NCBI RefSeq assembly: GCF_000142905.1 | Contig: NW_013657677.1 | Coordinates: 62,001-126,000 of the forward strand | Direction: 5' to 3' | DNA: 64,000 bases | Source: Thecamonas trahens ATCC 50062 | Lineage: Eukaryota > Protista > Apusomonadida | Notes under the pieces: generated by a model | Databases searched by the model: none | What the model was told of the DNA's origin: nothing | The model's input: the letters and a program-made list of their open reading frames with translations, nothing else | Position numbers and translations under genes: made by a program | Part shown: positions 36,001 through 49,292 of the stretch, one piece after another | Layout of the letters: every line of letters starts with the position of its first letter | How positions within the stretch are numbered: the first letter of the stretch is position 1

Positions 36001-36398
36001 ACGCAGTCTCGGCCGTTTTTACCGTTGTCTCCCGCCGCCGCGGCCGCGTCCTCGGCGAGTTGCCCAATCCCGGCACGCCGCACATCATCGTCTCCGCTGA
36101 AATCCCCGTCATCGACTCGTTCGGCTTTGAGACTGACCTCCGCGTCCACACCCAGGGCATGGCCTTTTGCTCCCTCACTTTTGACCACTGGGACGTCCTC
36201 CGTTCAGACCCGCTCGACGCCTCCATCGAACTCGCTCCACTCGAGCCGGCCCCGCCTGTCGCCCTCGCCCGCGACTTTATGCTCAAGACTCGCCGCCGTA
36301 AGGGCCTCACCCCGCATGTCTCCATTGCAAAGTACATCGATGACGAGACCCTGCTTCAGGCTGCAACCGCCCAGCTGTATGCCGCCTATGAGGGCTGA
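33066..36398 (+). CDS. EFTUD2: U5 snRNP 116-kDa GTPase (Snu114)
   Basis: LYDEFGNYVGP, AEDKVYY, GPLHSGKT, DTPGH, NKLD, EPLVPSELPKM, DSFGFETDLRVHTQG, KTRRRKGL. Confidence 0.97.
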   Translation: MALNLELYDEFGNYVGPPLSSSSSSASSSSSDTDSDDEGGAISGGGSRLGGSGGSGGSVADTAAALHAPVRVRDTSSSIVLAEDKVYYASSAEVFGQGVETIVATADRRSLNEPLVAPHAGKQSDVNFVNDYVAKVDETTSAGDPVPRLVYSPEYLAATARDPRRVRCLALVGPLHSGKTLLADVLLADAHADRSLFAGAKSKVSLGNMTRESAFTATVADLATPHLPDILPLGKSRFLDSRADEMARRISIKSSPATVLLPDAAGRSHVLNIMDTPGHVAMRGEVAPALRVADGVVLVVDAVEGLLARGKALIAAAAAGALPLVLVINKLDRLVLEARLPPKDAYHKLRHLIEAVNDELALVSSGTSIPSVSPVDGSVVFASALHGWTLSLPLLAARTLAASPAHPDNPAAVPPAAVAALAKRLWGDAYYSPASAKFTKRPPSKSAPRSFVTFVLEPMYKIYTAGLTTPPAALPDVMAAHGVALTPAEAASHPATLLRLLASRALCGAPWEPSTALVAAVARHLPHPVAALGPKLALAYMGPPIALIPRAEDDPAPSAAGAADPFGLVAYESELADTAPPSSQILSLDDATVPASPAHLLVNVVKLYPWGGAGALVAFGRVVAGTLTAGASVTLLEEGYVPGGRFGAAPDEGTSAVTVSKLWIPVGRYRIAVPSAGPGAWVYIGGIASSFARTATLVAPDALRPTPDVYAFAPLPLDVDNEAVVKLALEPLVPSELPKMLDGLHKLRQTYPLLETRVEESGERLIFGTGELMLDSALADLRNEFAGIEIKVSDPAVKFCETVVEPSSLQTYATTPNGANTLTVMAEPLGRPLTNDLAAGELSLAWEPDDLIDVMESKYNWDALAAASIWAFGPDPARGPNMLLDDTLAGGCDPASVAPARAAITQGFRWATKAGPLCDEPVRGVRFSLLDATLADAYADRSSGQIIPTMRRVTYASMLMATPRLMEPIYAVEIYTPPDAVSAVFTVVSRRRGRVLGELPNPGTPHIIVSAEIPVIDSFGFETDLRVHTQGMAFCSLTFDHWDVLRSDPLDASIELAPLEPAPPVALARDFMLKTRRRKGLTPHVSIAKYIDDETLLQAATAQLYAAYEG

Positions 36399-36426
36399 CT
36401 GCCGATGCCTTCGGCCCGTAAACGCT

Positions 36427-39400
36427 TTACGAGAGCACTCGGCCTAGGCTCGGCCGCCGCCCGCTGCCAACCACGCTTCCGCCACCACCTCCGACCATCG
36501 CCTTCCACATCCAGTGCAGGGCGCTGTTGACAAGCTCAGTCACCAGGTCGCGATGAAGCAGATCTAGCGTCTGTAGCTCTGTGCTCACTCCACCTGACGA
36601 CGCCCGCGCAAGGAGCGACGCTTCACGGCCAACTACATAGAACCGCGCGATCCGACCCGCATCCCTAATCACCACATGCGCTGCAGCGTCCCACGCGCGC
36701 TCTGCTGAAAACACAAACACGTGCACCTTATCGTCCTCCTGGACCACGCGAAGTCGCGCCGCAATCGCAGGCACAAGCCCCAGGTAGCCCACAAAGTCGA
36801 GCCACGGTACTCCAGGCTTGTGGAGCACGCTTCGCAGCGACGGGTCGAGCTCGTCAAACCGCCGCCGCCAAACCAAATGCATCAGCGCCGAAAACTCGGC
36901 CACCGCTAGCATTTGTCCACCCTCGACTGACGACTGCAGTCGCGCCCAGTAATCGTCCGTCACGTAGTCGACCTTGGCCCGCGCCACGAGCTGGCCAATC
37001 CTTCCGCGCCCGTGCTCCACAACGTCTGCAACCACACCGTCGCTCAGGACACCCGGTGCCCCGGGCTCGCGATCCGCCCGCTCCTTGAACGGCATCTTGT
37101 TGAGCGTGTCGACCACAACGATGTAGAATGGGACGAGCAGTACGTTACCGACCTCGACCCACTCGTCGTCCCCGCAGTCCGCGCCACTCCGTCCCTTGTC
37201 CATCCCGCCCACTTTCGGCGAGACAAAAGACGACGACGCCATAGTCGCACCGTACTGCACCTGCCCGGCTCGCTGCCGCCGCTCGACTCCCTGCGGCTCG
37301 CTGGTACCTCCGCCTCGGCCACCTCCGCCGTTTCCGCTACAGCTTCCGGCCCGAACAACTTCGCCGCCCTCGCCCACAAAGTACACATCGGCACCACCAA
37401 GCAATGACCGCCCAGTCGCAATGTCGATTCCGCCGAGCGAACCGACCTCCAGCGACGTTGCCGGCGACGCCCGCCGGCCGCGCCCGCCCGACGACTGCCA
37501 CAGGGCACCCGACGGCACATTTCGCGTCATGCACAGCGCAAGCAGAGAGTATTCCCACCGCGAGCCAGACTCATCGCCGTCGCTACTCCCCACAACCTCG
37601 CTCAACGTGCCCGAGCACCCGAGCGCAGGCGCAGACAGCGCGCGCACGCTCCGCATATTGGTAAATCCGTACCGCTCCGCGTGCACCACCATGTAGTCAA
37701 ATAGCGCCTGCGGCGAGATCCCAGGCTCGAGCACCATCCGCAGCTGATGGAGCTGTACCACATTGCGCGCGTACTTGGGCCGCTTGTAGTAGTACACCAC
37801 TGTGTTGTTCAGCACCTGCAACATGTCCAACGAGCCCGGGAACCGGTGTTCCCGTGCAGCTACAAACATGTGGAACTTGCGGCAATGAAAGTCGTACGCA
37901 AACGAGTTGGTGTGGAGCTTCGACTTGAGCACCGTGTACTCGTGCGTCACTTGCCGCTGCTCCGCAGTTCGCTCCGCACCCGTTGACCGCGACGTCAGCC
38001 CCATTCGTGAAGACTGCATCCCAAACACATTGAGCCGGATGAACACGTCGCGGAAGCCGACCTCGATGAGGAGAATCCCACCACGGTACACATGCTGTAG
38101 AAAGAGCGTCGGCATCGGAATGCGTACCCCAGCGTCTGCCAGGAATGAGCCCGCGCTCGCGCTCGAGAGCCCTGCGTTCGACGTAGGCGCAAACACTCCG
38201 GGCTGCGACGGCAGCACAGCGCGCACAGCCGCCCGTTTAGGGCTCGTTCCGGCCACGCTAGCCCCATCGGGCCCGCTTGCACCGCCTTCCGCCGCCATCT
38301 CCCGCCGCACTCGCTGTGAAGCCAGCTCGCGTCCTTCCGGCTTTGTCGTAGTTGCCTTGGCTTCCGACTCGCCCGTCATTGACGCCGGCGAGGCAGAGAC
38401 CACAAGCAGCATGCCCAGGCTCTCCAGGTACTCCACATAGTCCTCCAGGAACGTCTCGGCAAAGTATGCGTACAGCGGGACCTCAGTACCTCCGATCCGC
38501 GACGAGACCTCCGGCCCCTGCCGCCGTTCCGAGCTCACCCCCAGCATGAGCCTGCGCGCTGCTGCGTCACTCTCTCGCCCGCTTCCGCCGCTCGCCTCCG
38601 CAAGCAGCGACACAGACCGCGAGCCACGAACCGATGACGCCCGCGTGAACTGAATCGGCGTTCGGTTGACGGAAATGACCCGCGAGTACCGTAGCACAAG
38701 CCGGATCGACTCGGCAAGCTCCTCTGGCGAGATTGACGACGACGAGTCCGGCGAGTACATCCGCCACCGCGCGTGTGCCTCGTTCACCTCACGCTCCACA
38801 GTCCGGACCTTGACGGCGTTCTGCGCCACGTACTTGAGCTGCTCCATGTGCCGGTACACGGCGTCGTATGCTCCCTTGCTCTTGAGCACGATGACGGGCA
38901 TTTCCAGCTTGGGCAGCACATACAGCTGTCGGTACACCGACCCGACCCGGACTCGCGCAAGTGCCTTGCTGATCTCCTGCTGCATGTTGAGCCGCCGGCC
39001 CTCCCTCCCGCTCGCCCGCCGGCTATGGCCGCCCGCCCGTCGAGTCCGCATCAGCCGCGACCCGCGCCCGCGCCCGCCGCCTCGCGTCCCGCTCTGCCGC
39101 TCGGGCGGGAACATCCACCGCGTGATCTCATCAACCTCGGAGAGCTGCACGCTCGCCATCCCGGCGCTCGCGCTCCTACTGCCGCCTCGTGTCCGGCCCT
39201 CTCTTCCGCTCCCCTCCTTGGCGCCCGTCCTGTGCTCCTTGACCGCAGCCATCAGAGTACGCTTCCCATACACCTTGCCTGTCGCCAACTCGCTCCGGTA
39301 CGGCTTGGCATGCGCAAAGAGCCCAAGCTTTTGCAGCGTCACCAGCGCGAGGAGCGACGACCGCTGCCGCGTCCACTGCATCGCATGCTCGAGCTCCCCC

Positions 39401-42400
39401 TGCAGCGCCGAGATGTTGGTAGACTGCCAGTTGTAGACCAGGACAGAGAGCTCCCGTGCCTCGAGCTTGACTACCAGCAACGGACGCCGCTGAATGTTGA
39501 CTCGCAGCGCGGCAGAAAGAATCGACGGGTGCGCCATGTCGGCTGCTGCAAAGTCTGACCCGCCGCCCTCAGTCCACCCAAGCGCCGCGTCGCGTCTTGC
39601 CCGCACGTTGGGATGCCCACCAAGTACCACAAGCCGCCGTCGTCCACGGTACTCCTTGGCGTCTTCCTCCACAAGCACAGACTTGGGATACGTGTCCTTG
39701 AACGGCCGCCGCGACAGCTGCTTCCCACGAACCACCTCACGAAGCACACCCCGGCTGCCAGGGTCAGACACAAACAGCCTCGACTGCAGCGCCGGCACAA
39801 GTCCCTCCACCATGCCCAGCACCTCGGTCGCAAACCGGACCTCGGCATACATCGGCACAGGCGCATCCAGCGCAAGCTCGAGCACCCCGGCGCCGCAAGC
39901 TCCGCCATCCGCGACATAATCGCCCGCATCGGGAACAGCGCCCGCCGCGGAAACGCGTCCCACGGCACTGCTGTCGTGCAGAACACACGCTCAAGAACGT
40001 ACGCACACACCGAGGCGTTGAGCGCATCGCGCACTTTGCGCGCCACCTCGTCCACAGGTCGCGACCCGCACGCCCACAGCTGGACCCGCCATGCGTACTC
40101 AAACTCGCTCGCCTCGCCCTTGAACACGCTCGCCACCGCATCGCCCTCGTACACCGCAAGGTTTGACCACGATTCGACAGCCTGCACCACGCCGCCCTCA
40201 AACCCGACGTCGTTCTTCAGCGCCGCTGCGAGCTCCTCCCGCGACATGCCGCGAACCCACTGCTTGCCTCCTGTCGTCGGCCCGTCGAGGTTCGGGAACC
40301 ATGCTTCGACCTTGGCGTCCGGTGCCGCTGTGCTTGGCCGTGGGAACTCCTCCATGCCCTCGCCGTGTGCGTCGAGGACAGACAGCCCGATCGTCGTGAT
40401 GCCGTTTCCCGTCCGGTCCATGCCGACGTTGATGAACGAGAGCCCTGCCTTGGAGATCTTGAGCGGCGTCGTGATGTCAAATCGTTCGCCCTCGTTCACC
40501 CTCTCATCACCGTCTTCGCCTGCAGGCTCATCGATCGCCATTGCCGCCACCGTCGGGCCTGACACCCACTCGGCCCGCGGAACAGAGACCATCAGGTTCG
40601 CGCCGGCAGACGATGCCCGCGATCGCAGCGACGTGTCCGACGGTACACGCTTGAGCGGGCCCGAACTATCAACGTTGCTGCTTGCCGCCGCGCCGCCCGC
40701 TGCGCGTGCCTCGCTCGCCTCGTCTGACACCTGCTCCACAAGCCCACAGAACTGCAGCAGCGCCTGCCGCACAAACGTTGCGTACGTGTAAACGTCGCAC
40801 AACTGGCTCGGCAATGGCACAATAAGCTCGCGAACTGCCGTCTGGGACGCCGACTGCAGAAACTCGAGATCCTGAGACGAGAGCGAGACCAGCGGGCAGC
40901 CAACGTATGCGGCGCAGAGCGCCTTGATCGTCAGCTTGCGCACCTTGTCCTGCAGCATCCGCTGCAGCTCCGAGATTGACTCGTGCGGCGGCGTCTCGAT
41001 GCCGTGCAGCTCAACCACTAGTCGCGATGGCTTCCGCCCTGCCTGTCGTCGCCCTCGCTTGCGGCCACTGCAGAGAGGTAAAAGTAGTAAACCCCGTCGT
41101 TGGCCGAGTCGCGGTAGACAAAGGCAAGTGGGTGCTGCGAAATGGCCAGCACCTGCAAGTCCTGTGCAATGTTCTTGAGCGCCACCTTGGGCTGGACCCG
41201 GTGGTGGAGGACAACCTCAAAGACAATGAGCCGCTCGCAACCCAGCTCGCCGCTGGTGCCGCTCTCGGTTCCAAGCAGCTGCGGTGAGGCCTCGTGCGTC
41301 GGATGCGCATGCATCGCATTGAGCAGAAAGTCTTGATTGACCTCGCGCGCAAGACTCAGCACAGTGTCCTGGCAATACTGCACAATGATAACACCAAAGT
41401 CGACAGACGCGTCTGCGTAAAACGTCACGTTGGCCTCGGCCTGCTTCCGGTCGAGCGAGATGAAGAGCCAGAACGGCGAGGCGCTCGCGTCTGCCCGAGC
41501 TCGTGCCACAGCGTCTGCACCTGCAGAGCCCTCCACAAGCTCGGGCAGCGCCTCCTCCAGTCGCGCCCCGCTCTGTCCGCACACTTCCTCCGCCAGGTCA
41601 GGCTCACGCGCTGCGGCCACTGCCCGGATCGCACCCTCGGGTAGCGCCGTCACTAACACGTACCCACCGTGCGCCTCGATTTCCATCCGATGCGGGTACC
41701 GTGAGAACCACTCGGCGAGCTTGTCGTAAAAGGCAGACCGCACAATGCCCGCCACCGGCGAGAGTGGTACAGCCGCTCGCAGATGGACGCAAAACGGCGA
41801 CGACCGCATCCGATGCGCCACAGAGTCGAGCACCGCGTGGTTCACCGGGAACCCACGCTTGTGAAGCATGATCATGTGCAACACATAGTCGTGCAGGTTC
41901 GTCTCGACCTGCGCCACCGCGGACCGCACAAACGGCGCCTGGCGCCGCATGGTCCCGGTCTTGGTCGACCCACTCCCGCTCGAGCTCTTGCCTGCCAGCT
42001 GCGGTGACTCGCCGAGGATCGAGAGCAGCGAAAAGGTCGACGGCGTCGGCGTCGGCGTCGGCGTTGGTGTCAGCGTTGGCGACGACATCACAGAGCTGTC
42101 GCCACCGCCAGACCGCAGCATCGCCTTGCGCTCTGCCACGCTCCGCGTCGCCACCGCCGTCAAGTCGAGATGCCGCCCGGCCACAACCACAGGTCCTCCG
42201 TCGGTCGCTAGCTCTGGGTCCCAGCCCGTTCGCGACGTAACACTCCGCGACGTCGCCGCAGCTGGCTCGTGCGCCGAGCTGGTTCCATACGGTACTGGCC
42301 ACGTTGGCACCGGCAGCGAGAGGCACACAATGGCAAAGTGGAGCGAGTGCTGCACGCCATCGCTCTCGTCGTCAAGTGCGACCGGGAGCGAGGTCACCCG

Positions 42401-45400
42401 CTTGCGGACCCGTGCGTACTCGATCGCCGCACGCGACACTGACCGCTCCGCCCCGCAGCCTCAGAAACAGTTGACCTCGTCGCTCCAGCCGTAACCACCC
42501 GCGTCGACCGCGTTTCGAATCGCACAAAGAACGGCGTTGTGAACTCGGACGCCACCAGTGCCTCGGGCTCGAGTGGGAGTGCACCCCCGCGCGAGACCTT
42601 GCGCGGATCCAGAAAGTAAATACCCGGAAAGTTGGGTAGCGCCGTAAAGTACTGTCCCATAATCTCCTCTACCGTTGATTCGACACGCGAGCTCAAGTGC
42701 GCCAGCGTCGTCGCCAGTTCGCTCGCCCCGTCGTCGCCAGTGAGGAGGCTGCGCGTGTGCGAGAGCACCTTGACAAACTCGAGCACGTTAAACGAGGTCT
42801 CCGACGTCTCCAGTTGGCCCAGCGCCGCCTGTAGCGTGTCGTCGTCAATTGGCTCGCCCATCGCCAGCCGAATGTACAACGCCCGAAGTGAGGCACGCGT
42901 GTGCGCTGCAGACACATCCTGCAGCATGAGCTCGAACGAGTGCGAGTCGCGGGTACCCGGCGACGTCGGCTCTGCTCCGTCAGAGCCAAAGCCGCGGTGG
43001 GGCGACGTCGACGACGTCGCCGACAGCGGCGGGGAGTCGACGGTGACAGATTGCGAGAGCGCCATCGACATCGACCGGAACATCGAGCCGCCGGGGTTGG
43101 ACCCGGACTCGTGCGCGTGTGACGACGACGACGACGACCAGCTGCGCTTGAGCGGCGCAGACGCTTTGGTCCGGAGGCCTGGCATGGCGTAGACAGGCGG
43201 CCCATTCCGGTTCGGACTTGTCGGCACACTCGCCTCGCCAGCCGCTGCCAGCTCGGCCTGTGACTCAGACATCGCTGGCGAGGCCTGGAAAAAGACCGCA
43301 GCCTCGCCAGAGGCCTTGCCCCACTTGGCAAGCGCATACATCGACTTGGGCGGCGTCTTGTCAAACTCGGACGAGAGAACCCGCAGCGCAGACTCGGGCG
43401 GGGAGTTGTCGAGCGACGAGACGCCCGTCACATGGTACATGAGCGTGTTGAGCAGCGAGTTGTCCGGCCGGTAAACGCGCAGATAGAGCATAGGATATGG
43501 GCCGGGCTTTCCCTTGAGCACCGCCACCGCCGACTCGAGCGACGGCACAAAGCAAAGGTCGATGTCGTCGCCGTGACGTTGGACAAAGCCGCGAGCGGCA
43601 AAAGCGGCAAGTCCCCCGCTTTCGCCCTCGCACTCGCATGCGTCCTCGTCCTCGCCTTCGTCCTTGCTCGCCTTTGTCTCGAGCGCTTCGCCCATGAAAT
43701 AGTCCCTCAGCCACTCGAGATCCGATGCGTCCAGCTCGATCTCGGCGTGCATTGAAATCTCCAAGTCGCGCACAAACAGCAAGTAGTACGCCTTATTCGC
43801 TTCGACGCCGGAGAACCGGAGGAAGGGCACACCAGACTGTCCGCAGTCGGGCGCCGCCGCAGTCGGGAGCGAGCTCGGGAAGCCAAAGAGCGTCGACGAG
43901 ACCAGCAGACCAGAGAGGAGGAGCCCGATCCGCTCAAAGGCCGGCTCGTCGACAGGAGTCGAGGTCGTTTCCGCTGAGAGCACCGGGCGTGGGAACGGCC
44001 GCGGGCCGCCAGACGAGCCTGAGTCACTTGTCGACGGTGGTGCCGTCGCGTCGGCGAGCGCATCGTACGAAACGAGCGTGGTGATGATGAGCCGATCAAG
44101 CGCCTCGTAGTACGCGGCAATGCGGTCGAAAAGCGCGCGCGCGTGCGCAAGCTCGGGGTGCGAGGTCTTTGACACCGCTTGCGGGTCCATCCACAGCTCG
44201 GTAATGACGACCGATGCGTCCGAGTGAAGCACAACATACTGCAGCAGCGCCATGTCCGGCGCCAGCTCTGGTGACACCGCGCCATCTTGTGCCATCGACG
44301 CAATCGCTGACCGCGGGTTGAGCCGGGAGACTTCGGCAACGAGCTCGACAAGCTTGACAAAGGTGAACGAGTTGGTCGAGGTTAGGAAAAACGACTCGGC
44401 CATTCGAGTCTGGACCAGCATAAGCACAATGGTCTGCGCCGTCTCGTTCGAGCCTACGTGCCACACCCACCGCTTGTGCAGCATGTACGACGAGAGGATC
44501 GGCGACGCCGGTGCCACAATCATCCGTGGTGGTGCCCGCGACCGCTTGATCATCGGAAAGGCCGACGCAGACCGCACCGAAAGTCGGTCGCCCGAGACCG
44601 AACCCGGCATGCGAAGTCCGGCATCGCGCACAGCCGATAGGGTCAGTGTGACAGGCGTCACTGCGCCCATTGATGCAGCTTGGCTCTCCCGCCGCATCAC
44701 CATTGACCGCGGCGTCGACGGTTGTCCCACCATGTCCTCGTACGCCACCAGCATGGTCCGGATCGACTTGGGCATGTCGTGAAAGAGCTTACGCCCGGTC
44801 GCGTAGTCGGCCGCAAGCCGCAACTCGGCCTGAAGCTTGGCCAGAAACTCGCTTCGCTCCACCGAGCCGATGTTGTAGAAAGCAAACTTGAGCTCGATGA
44901 ACGAGACGTGGATGAACGAGCACCGCATGAGGCAGAACCCGCGCCCGCGCGAGACGTCAGCTCGCATCGCCCCAGTCGAGATGGGCGTCTTGGCCAGCGA
45001 GAGCATCGGCGGCTTGCGCTTCCGCCGCACCACCGGCGGCGGCTCCTCGCTTGCTGCCGCCTTCTTCCCGCCGCCTCCGCTTCCGCTCTCATCCGCATCC
45101 GCTTCGCTTGCTCCAGCAGCCACGCCTCCGTCCAGCTCGGGCGTCAATGCCCGCGAGCGCCGGGCAGGCTGCGATGGAGGCTTGCCCGCCTCGCTGCCCT
45201 GGTCGCCACTGCTAATCTTGTCGACTCCCTCGTGTCCGCACCCCGGTCGACTGGAGCCGGCAAGACCCTCGCCCAGGCCCGAGCCCGAGCGGTTGAGCGG
45301 CGTTGCAGGTGCCGGTGATGATGACGCAGGGCGGATCGGCGTCACGCCCTCCTGCGAGCCAAAGAACTTGATAAACACGGTCGGTGCGATCTTGATAAAA

Positions 45401-48400
45401 CCAGCACCGGTGTAGAACGAGTCAAACGCAGACTGCGAGCCACGAAAAACCATCGATGGAACAAAGAGCGCAGACGGTCCGATGCGTGCAGACGACAAAA
45501 AGTTTCCGTCACGTGAGTTTGGTATGGATCCGCCGCCCGAGCTCTCGTTAACCGCCCGCGAAAGAGTTGACATCAGCGCCGTCGTCGTCATTCCACCGGC
45601 ATCAAGCCCGGCGTCAGCCTCCATCAGCACAGACTGAGAATGAACGTGGAACCAGCGGGACCACCGGCGGTGGACCTGGGTCCAGTCGTACCACGAGAGC
45701 GCGGCCTGGTTAGGCGCGACCCGCGGCGGAGCACGCGTGGCCACCGCCTCCTCACCTCCGCTGGCTCCCGCTCCTGAGCTGATCGCCGGCTTGCCACCCT
45801 TGGCGGCGCGAACCGAGCTTGCCTGCCCGCTTGAATCAACCCCGCTAGCACCGCTGGCCGTGGCCCCAGATCCTGAGCCATCTGCGCCGTTGCTGCCGCC
45901 GCTGCTGCCACCTCCGGCTTGGGCCGAGCTGCTCTTTGGTGGCTTGGCGGCCGAGTGCGGCGTGCTCGACGGCGTGCCCGGTCGCCGCGCTGTGGCCGGC
46001 GTTGTCCCCATACCTTGCAGGGCGGCCACAATAGCACCGAGCGGCGCCGCGTCAAGGCAGAGCGCGGTATGCTGCAGCTGGTAGTCGATGGATGAGAGCG
46101 TTCGTAGAGTCTGGAAGAGGCGAACCGCGGCGCGCCCGCCGAGCAGCGGGTTGCCCGCTTCGACGGCGTCGCCCGAGTCGCCGGTGGCAAGCCCGTCGGG
46201 TCGGCGGGCGCCAGCCGGCGCCGGATCCGACGGCGGCGCCGGAAAGCCTGCTGAAAACGATGGGGTCGACGGCCGCGGGTTGGTCCGTGAGCCAGGACCC
46301 GAGCCCGAGCCCGGGCCTGAGCCCGAGCCCGAGGTCGGACCCAAACCGGCCTTTCCTACCGCGGCGAGCCCGGACGAGCGCTGGATGTCGGAGAGAGCAA
46401 AGAGCGGTGAGGAGGCGGTCGACGGTGCGAGGGCCGACGAGCGGTTGGAGCGAACAAGGCCAGCAAAGCGGCCGAGGAACGCGTGGTAGGCCACAATGTG
46501 CATGGTGATGCGCAGTTCGCGGACGTCGGCGGCGGAGGCATCGTTTCGGGATGGTGCATCCGTCGGGGCAGAGGCGCGAGGAGCGCCCGGCTCATGTCCG
46601 CTACCATTGCCGCTTGTGGCCCGGCCCGACTCTAGCCCGGTCAGTCCGGAAGCTTGGTGGAGCGAAGTGGCCTGCGTTGGAAACAGATGGGCGCGCGATG
46701 AGGTTCCCGGCGGCGACGATGGAGTAGAGAGTGGCATGGGACCCGAGAGCGGCGAGCGTGCAGTCGACGGCGGCGAGGTGGTGAGGTTGCGCGGCGGCGG
46801 CGAGCCCGGATCGGGCGAGTCGAGGAAAAGACGCGCTGACGAGTCGGCGGCTTTGAGCGGCGGCGACGGCGAGGCAGGCCCGCGGCCGGTGCTTGTCCGC
46901 AGCGTCTGGACAACCGCCAGTGGCTCGCTACTTGACGTCGAGAGGTTGGCCTCGGAGAGCGGCGGCGGCGAAGCCGAGGTCGAGTGCGGGCCGCTGTGAG
47001 GTGCGCTTGATGGCGCGGAGAGAAGGCCTGACGAAGTGACGCGCGAGAGGGGGGTGCGACACCCGACGAGACGCCCGAGGCCGAGAGCGGCGGGAACGTT
47101 GTCGAGTGCTGAAGGCTTGGGGTAACTGTGCCCGGTGTGGAAGCCGGAGTCGCCGCACTCCGAAAAGCCGAGGGCGCGCGGGTCGGGCCGGGTGTGACGT
47201 AGGGAGCGGCCAAGGCGTCGAGATGGAGTACTCGATGATGATGTGCTGGCGCCAGACTAGCGAAAGCTTGAGCAGCAGATGCTTGACGCCATCGAGTGAG
47301 TGGATGGAGACGGCGTCGATGCAAAAGCCCTCGTGGAGCCGAGCCTCGATGAGCGGAATGGGGTGCGCGTGGACTACATACGACGTGTACGGAGCACGGA
47401 GGAGCGGCAGTAGCGTCGGGTCGTCGGCCATCATGGCGGGGATGGCCGACGGCGAGGGCGCAACCGTGTGGGTGGCCACCCGGTGGTGGTATGGCGAGGC
47501 AAAGGAGAGCGTCTTGAACATAAGCGCAAACTGGAACCTGTTCGATCCGCCCATAAGCGATGAGATGCCGGGCGCAAAACGGGCTGAGCGGGCGGCGGCC
47601 GGCTTGGCGGCGGTCATGCGAAAGGCCATGAGCTCGCGGGCGGTAAAGACCGAGCCTGCGGTGGCCGAAGCCACATACTGGGCAAGATCGTGGTCAGGGA
47701 CAAGTCCAAACGGAGCTTCGTGGGCCAGCTCGGGCTCGATGGAGCCAAAGCCCATAAGCACCATGGAGCACGAGATGTCTGCACGATTAAGCGAAATGAT
47801 TTCCGAGTCAAAGGCCGAGGTCGACGAGCCGGTCGACGGCGCCATGGCAACGACTCCATCGGTGAGGATGCAGATGGCCGACGCGCCACGCGACGGAAGC
47901 AGATTGAGGGCAAACCGCCCGCCAGCCAGCATGCCGTTGAGTCCAACAGAGGCCTCGTCCTCGCGGAACAGCGAGCCAGGCATGGTCTGGGCGAGGTCGG
48001 CCTCAAACTCGCGCAGCGCACCCTCGAGCTGCTCCATCACCGACGAGACGTTGTTGAGCGTGAGTCGGATGCCCTGGCAGAGCACCTTGATGGGTGCGAG
48101 CATGGAGCCGGCGCCGAGGACGGAGATGACGCACGTAGGCGAAAATCGAGTCCGAGTCCCTGGAATGGTCTGAGGCTGGACAAGAGCCCGCAGCGCCTTG
48201 CTCAGCGACTCGATCATTGAGTCGAGCTCGACAACTCCAGACTCCCGATCAACAGTACCCAGCGAAGGTGACATGTCCAGAACAAAGACAATGCGATAGA
48301 CCTGAGCGAGGAAGATGACCTGTGTAGCCGGTGTGACCACAGCCTCTGCCACCGACGACGTGGCCGTCGTCGGCACGATGGACTCGATCATCAGATTCTC

Positions 48401-48665
48401 TCCTGATCCCGGACACTTTCCCGTCCGAATCGCAGCACCAATCCGTTCCAGAACCCTACGTGATGTCTTTCATGAGTGTATAGAGGGGGGAGGGGGGAGG
48501 GGGGGGGGGGCGGGGGGGCGGGGGGCAAGGACAAGGGACGGGGGGGAGGACGGCGTACCACCGGCCACGGTCGCCTCGTGAACAGTGCGAATAGTCTGCC
48601 ACAGATACAAAGACCACATCTGCTGGTGGTGGAAGTTCTGGTCCTCCTGGTGGAACCGCAGACAT
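36427..48665 (-). CDS. SZT2: KICSTOR subunit SZT2-like giant protein; intron 48558-48456; about 5 apparent single-base frameshifts
   Basis: YRIVFVLDMSPS, ARLHEGF, LVWRQHIIIEY...PWP, PFWLFI, NQDFLL, VYNW, LHTNSFAYDFH across consecutive ORFs; N-terminal SRGDRGRWVL. Confidence 0.85.
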
Positions 48666-49292
48666 TGGCCCCTGTATGTGTGGGTGGGGTGGGGGTGGAA
48701 GTGGGTGGTCGGCTGCCACGCCTTGTTGTGCTGTGGCAGTGAGAGAGTGACCGGACGTGTGGCGAATGGCCGCCGAATGGCCGCCCGCCGAGTGGCCGGC
48801 CACTGGCCGACGAGTGGTGGGTGAACGGTCGGCCGGGCGACTGGCCGACGAGCGGATAGACGAGAAGGGACTGCTGGCAGCGAGAGGTTTGATGGGGAAA
48901 AATGGACTGAGACGATTAAAGTGGAAAGTGTGGCGAGTTCATGATAATTGCTACTGTGTTTTGAGCCTGTAGATTGGTGCGATTGCCTACGAGTACTGAT
49001 CACAGCCGATGTAGCGGTCAAGTCGGCAGAGGAAATCAAAGCTTGGAAGGCGATGAAGTGGGGATGGGGATGGGGATGGAGATGGAGATGGGGGGGAGGG
49101 CAAGGAGGTGCGAGGAATTTAAAGTGTATGCTTTGTGGATGTAACGTGTCTGATATTGGTTGGAGAGGCCTAACTGAGTGGCGGAGGGTGGCGGAGCAGG
49201 TGGCGGAGAGGTGGCGGAGTGGCGATAAAAACGCGCGCGATCCCTCCGCGCTGCGTACCTTAACGGAGGACACCACAACACTACGATTTACT

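Noticed and set aside
48940-49000. Box C/D snoRNA (ATGATAA...CTGA)
   Set aside because: Imperfect C box, no clear terminal stem and no identifiable rRNA guide.
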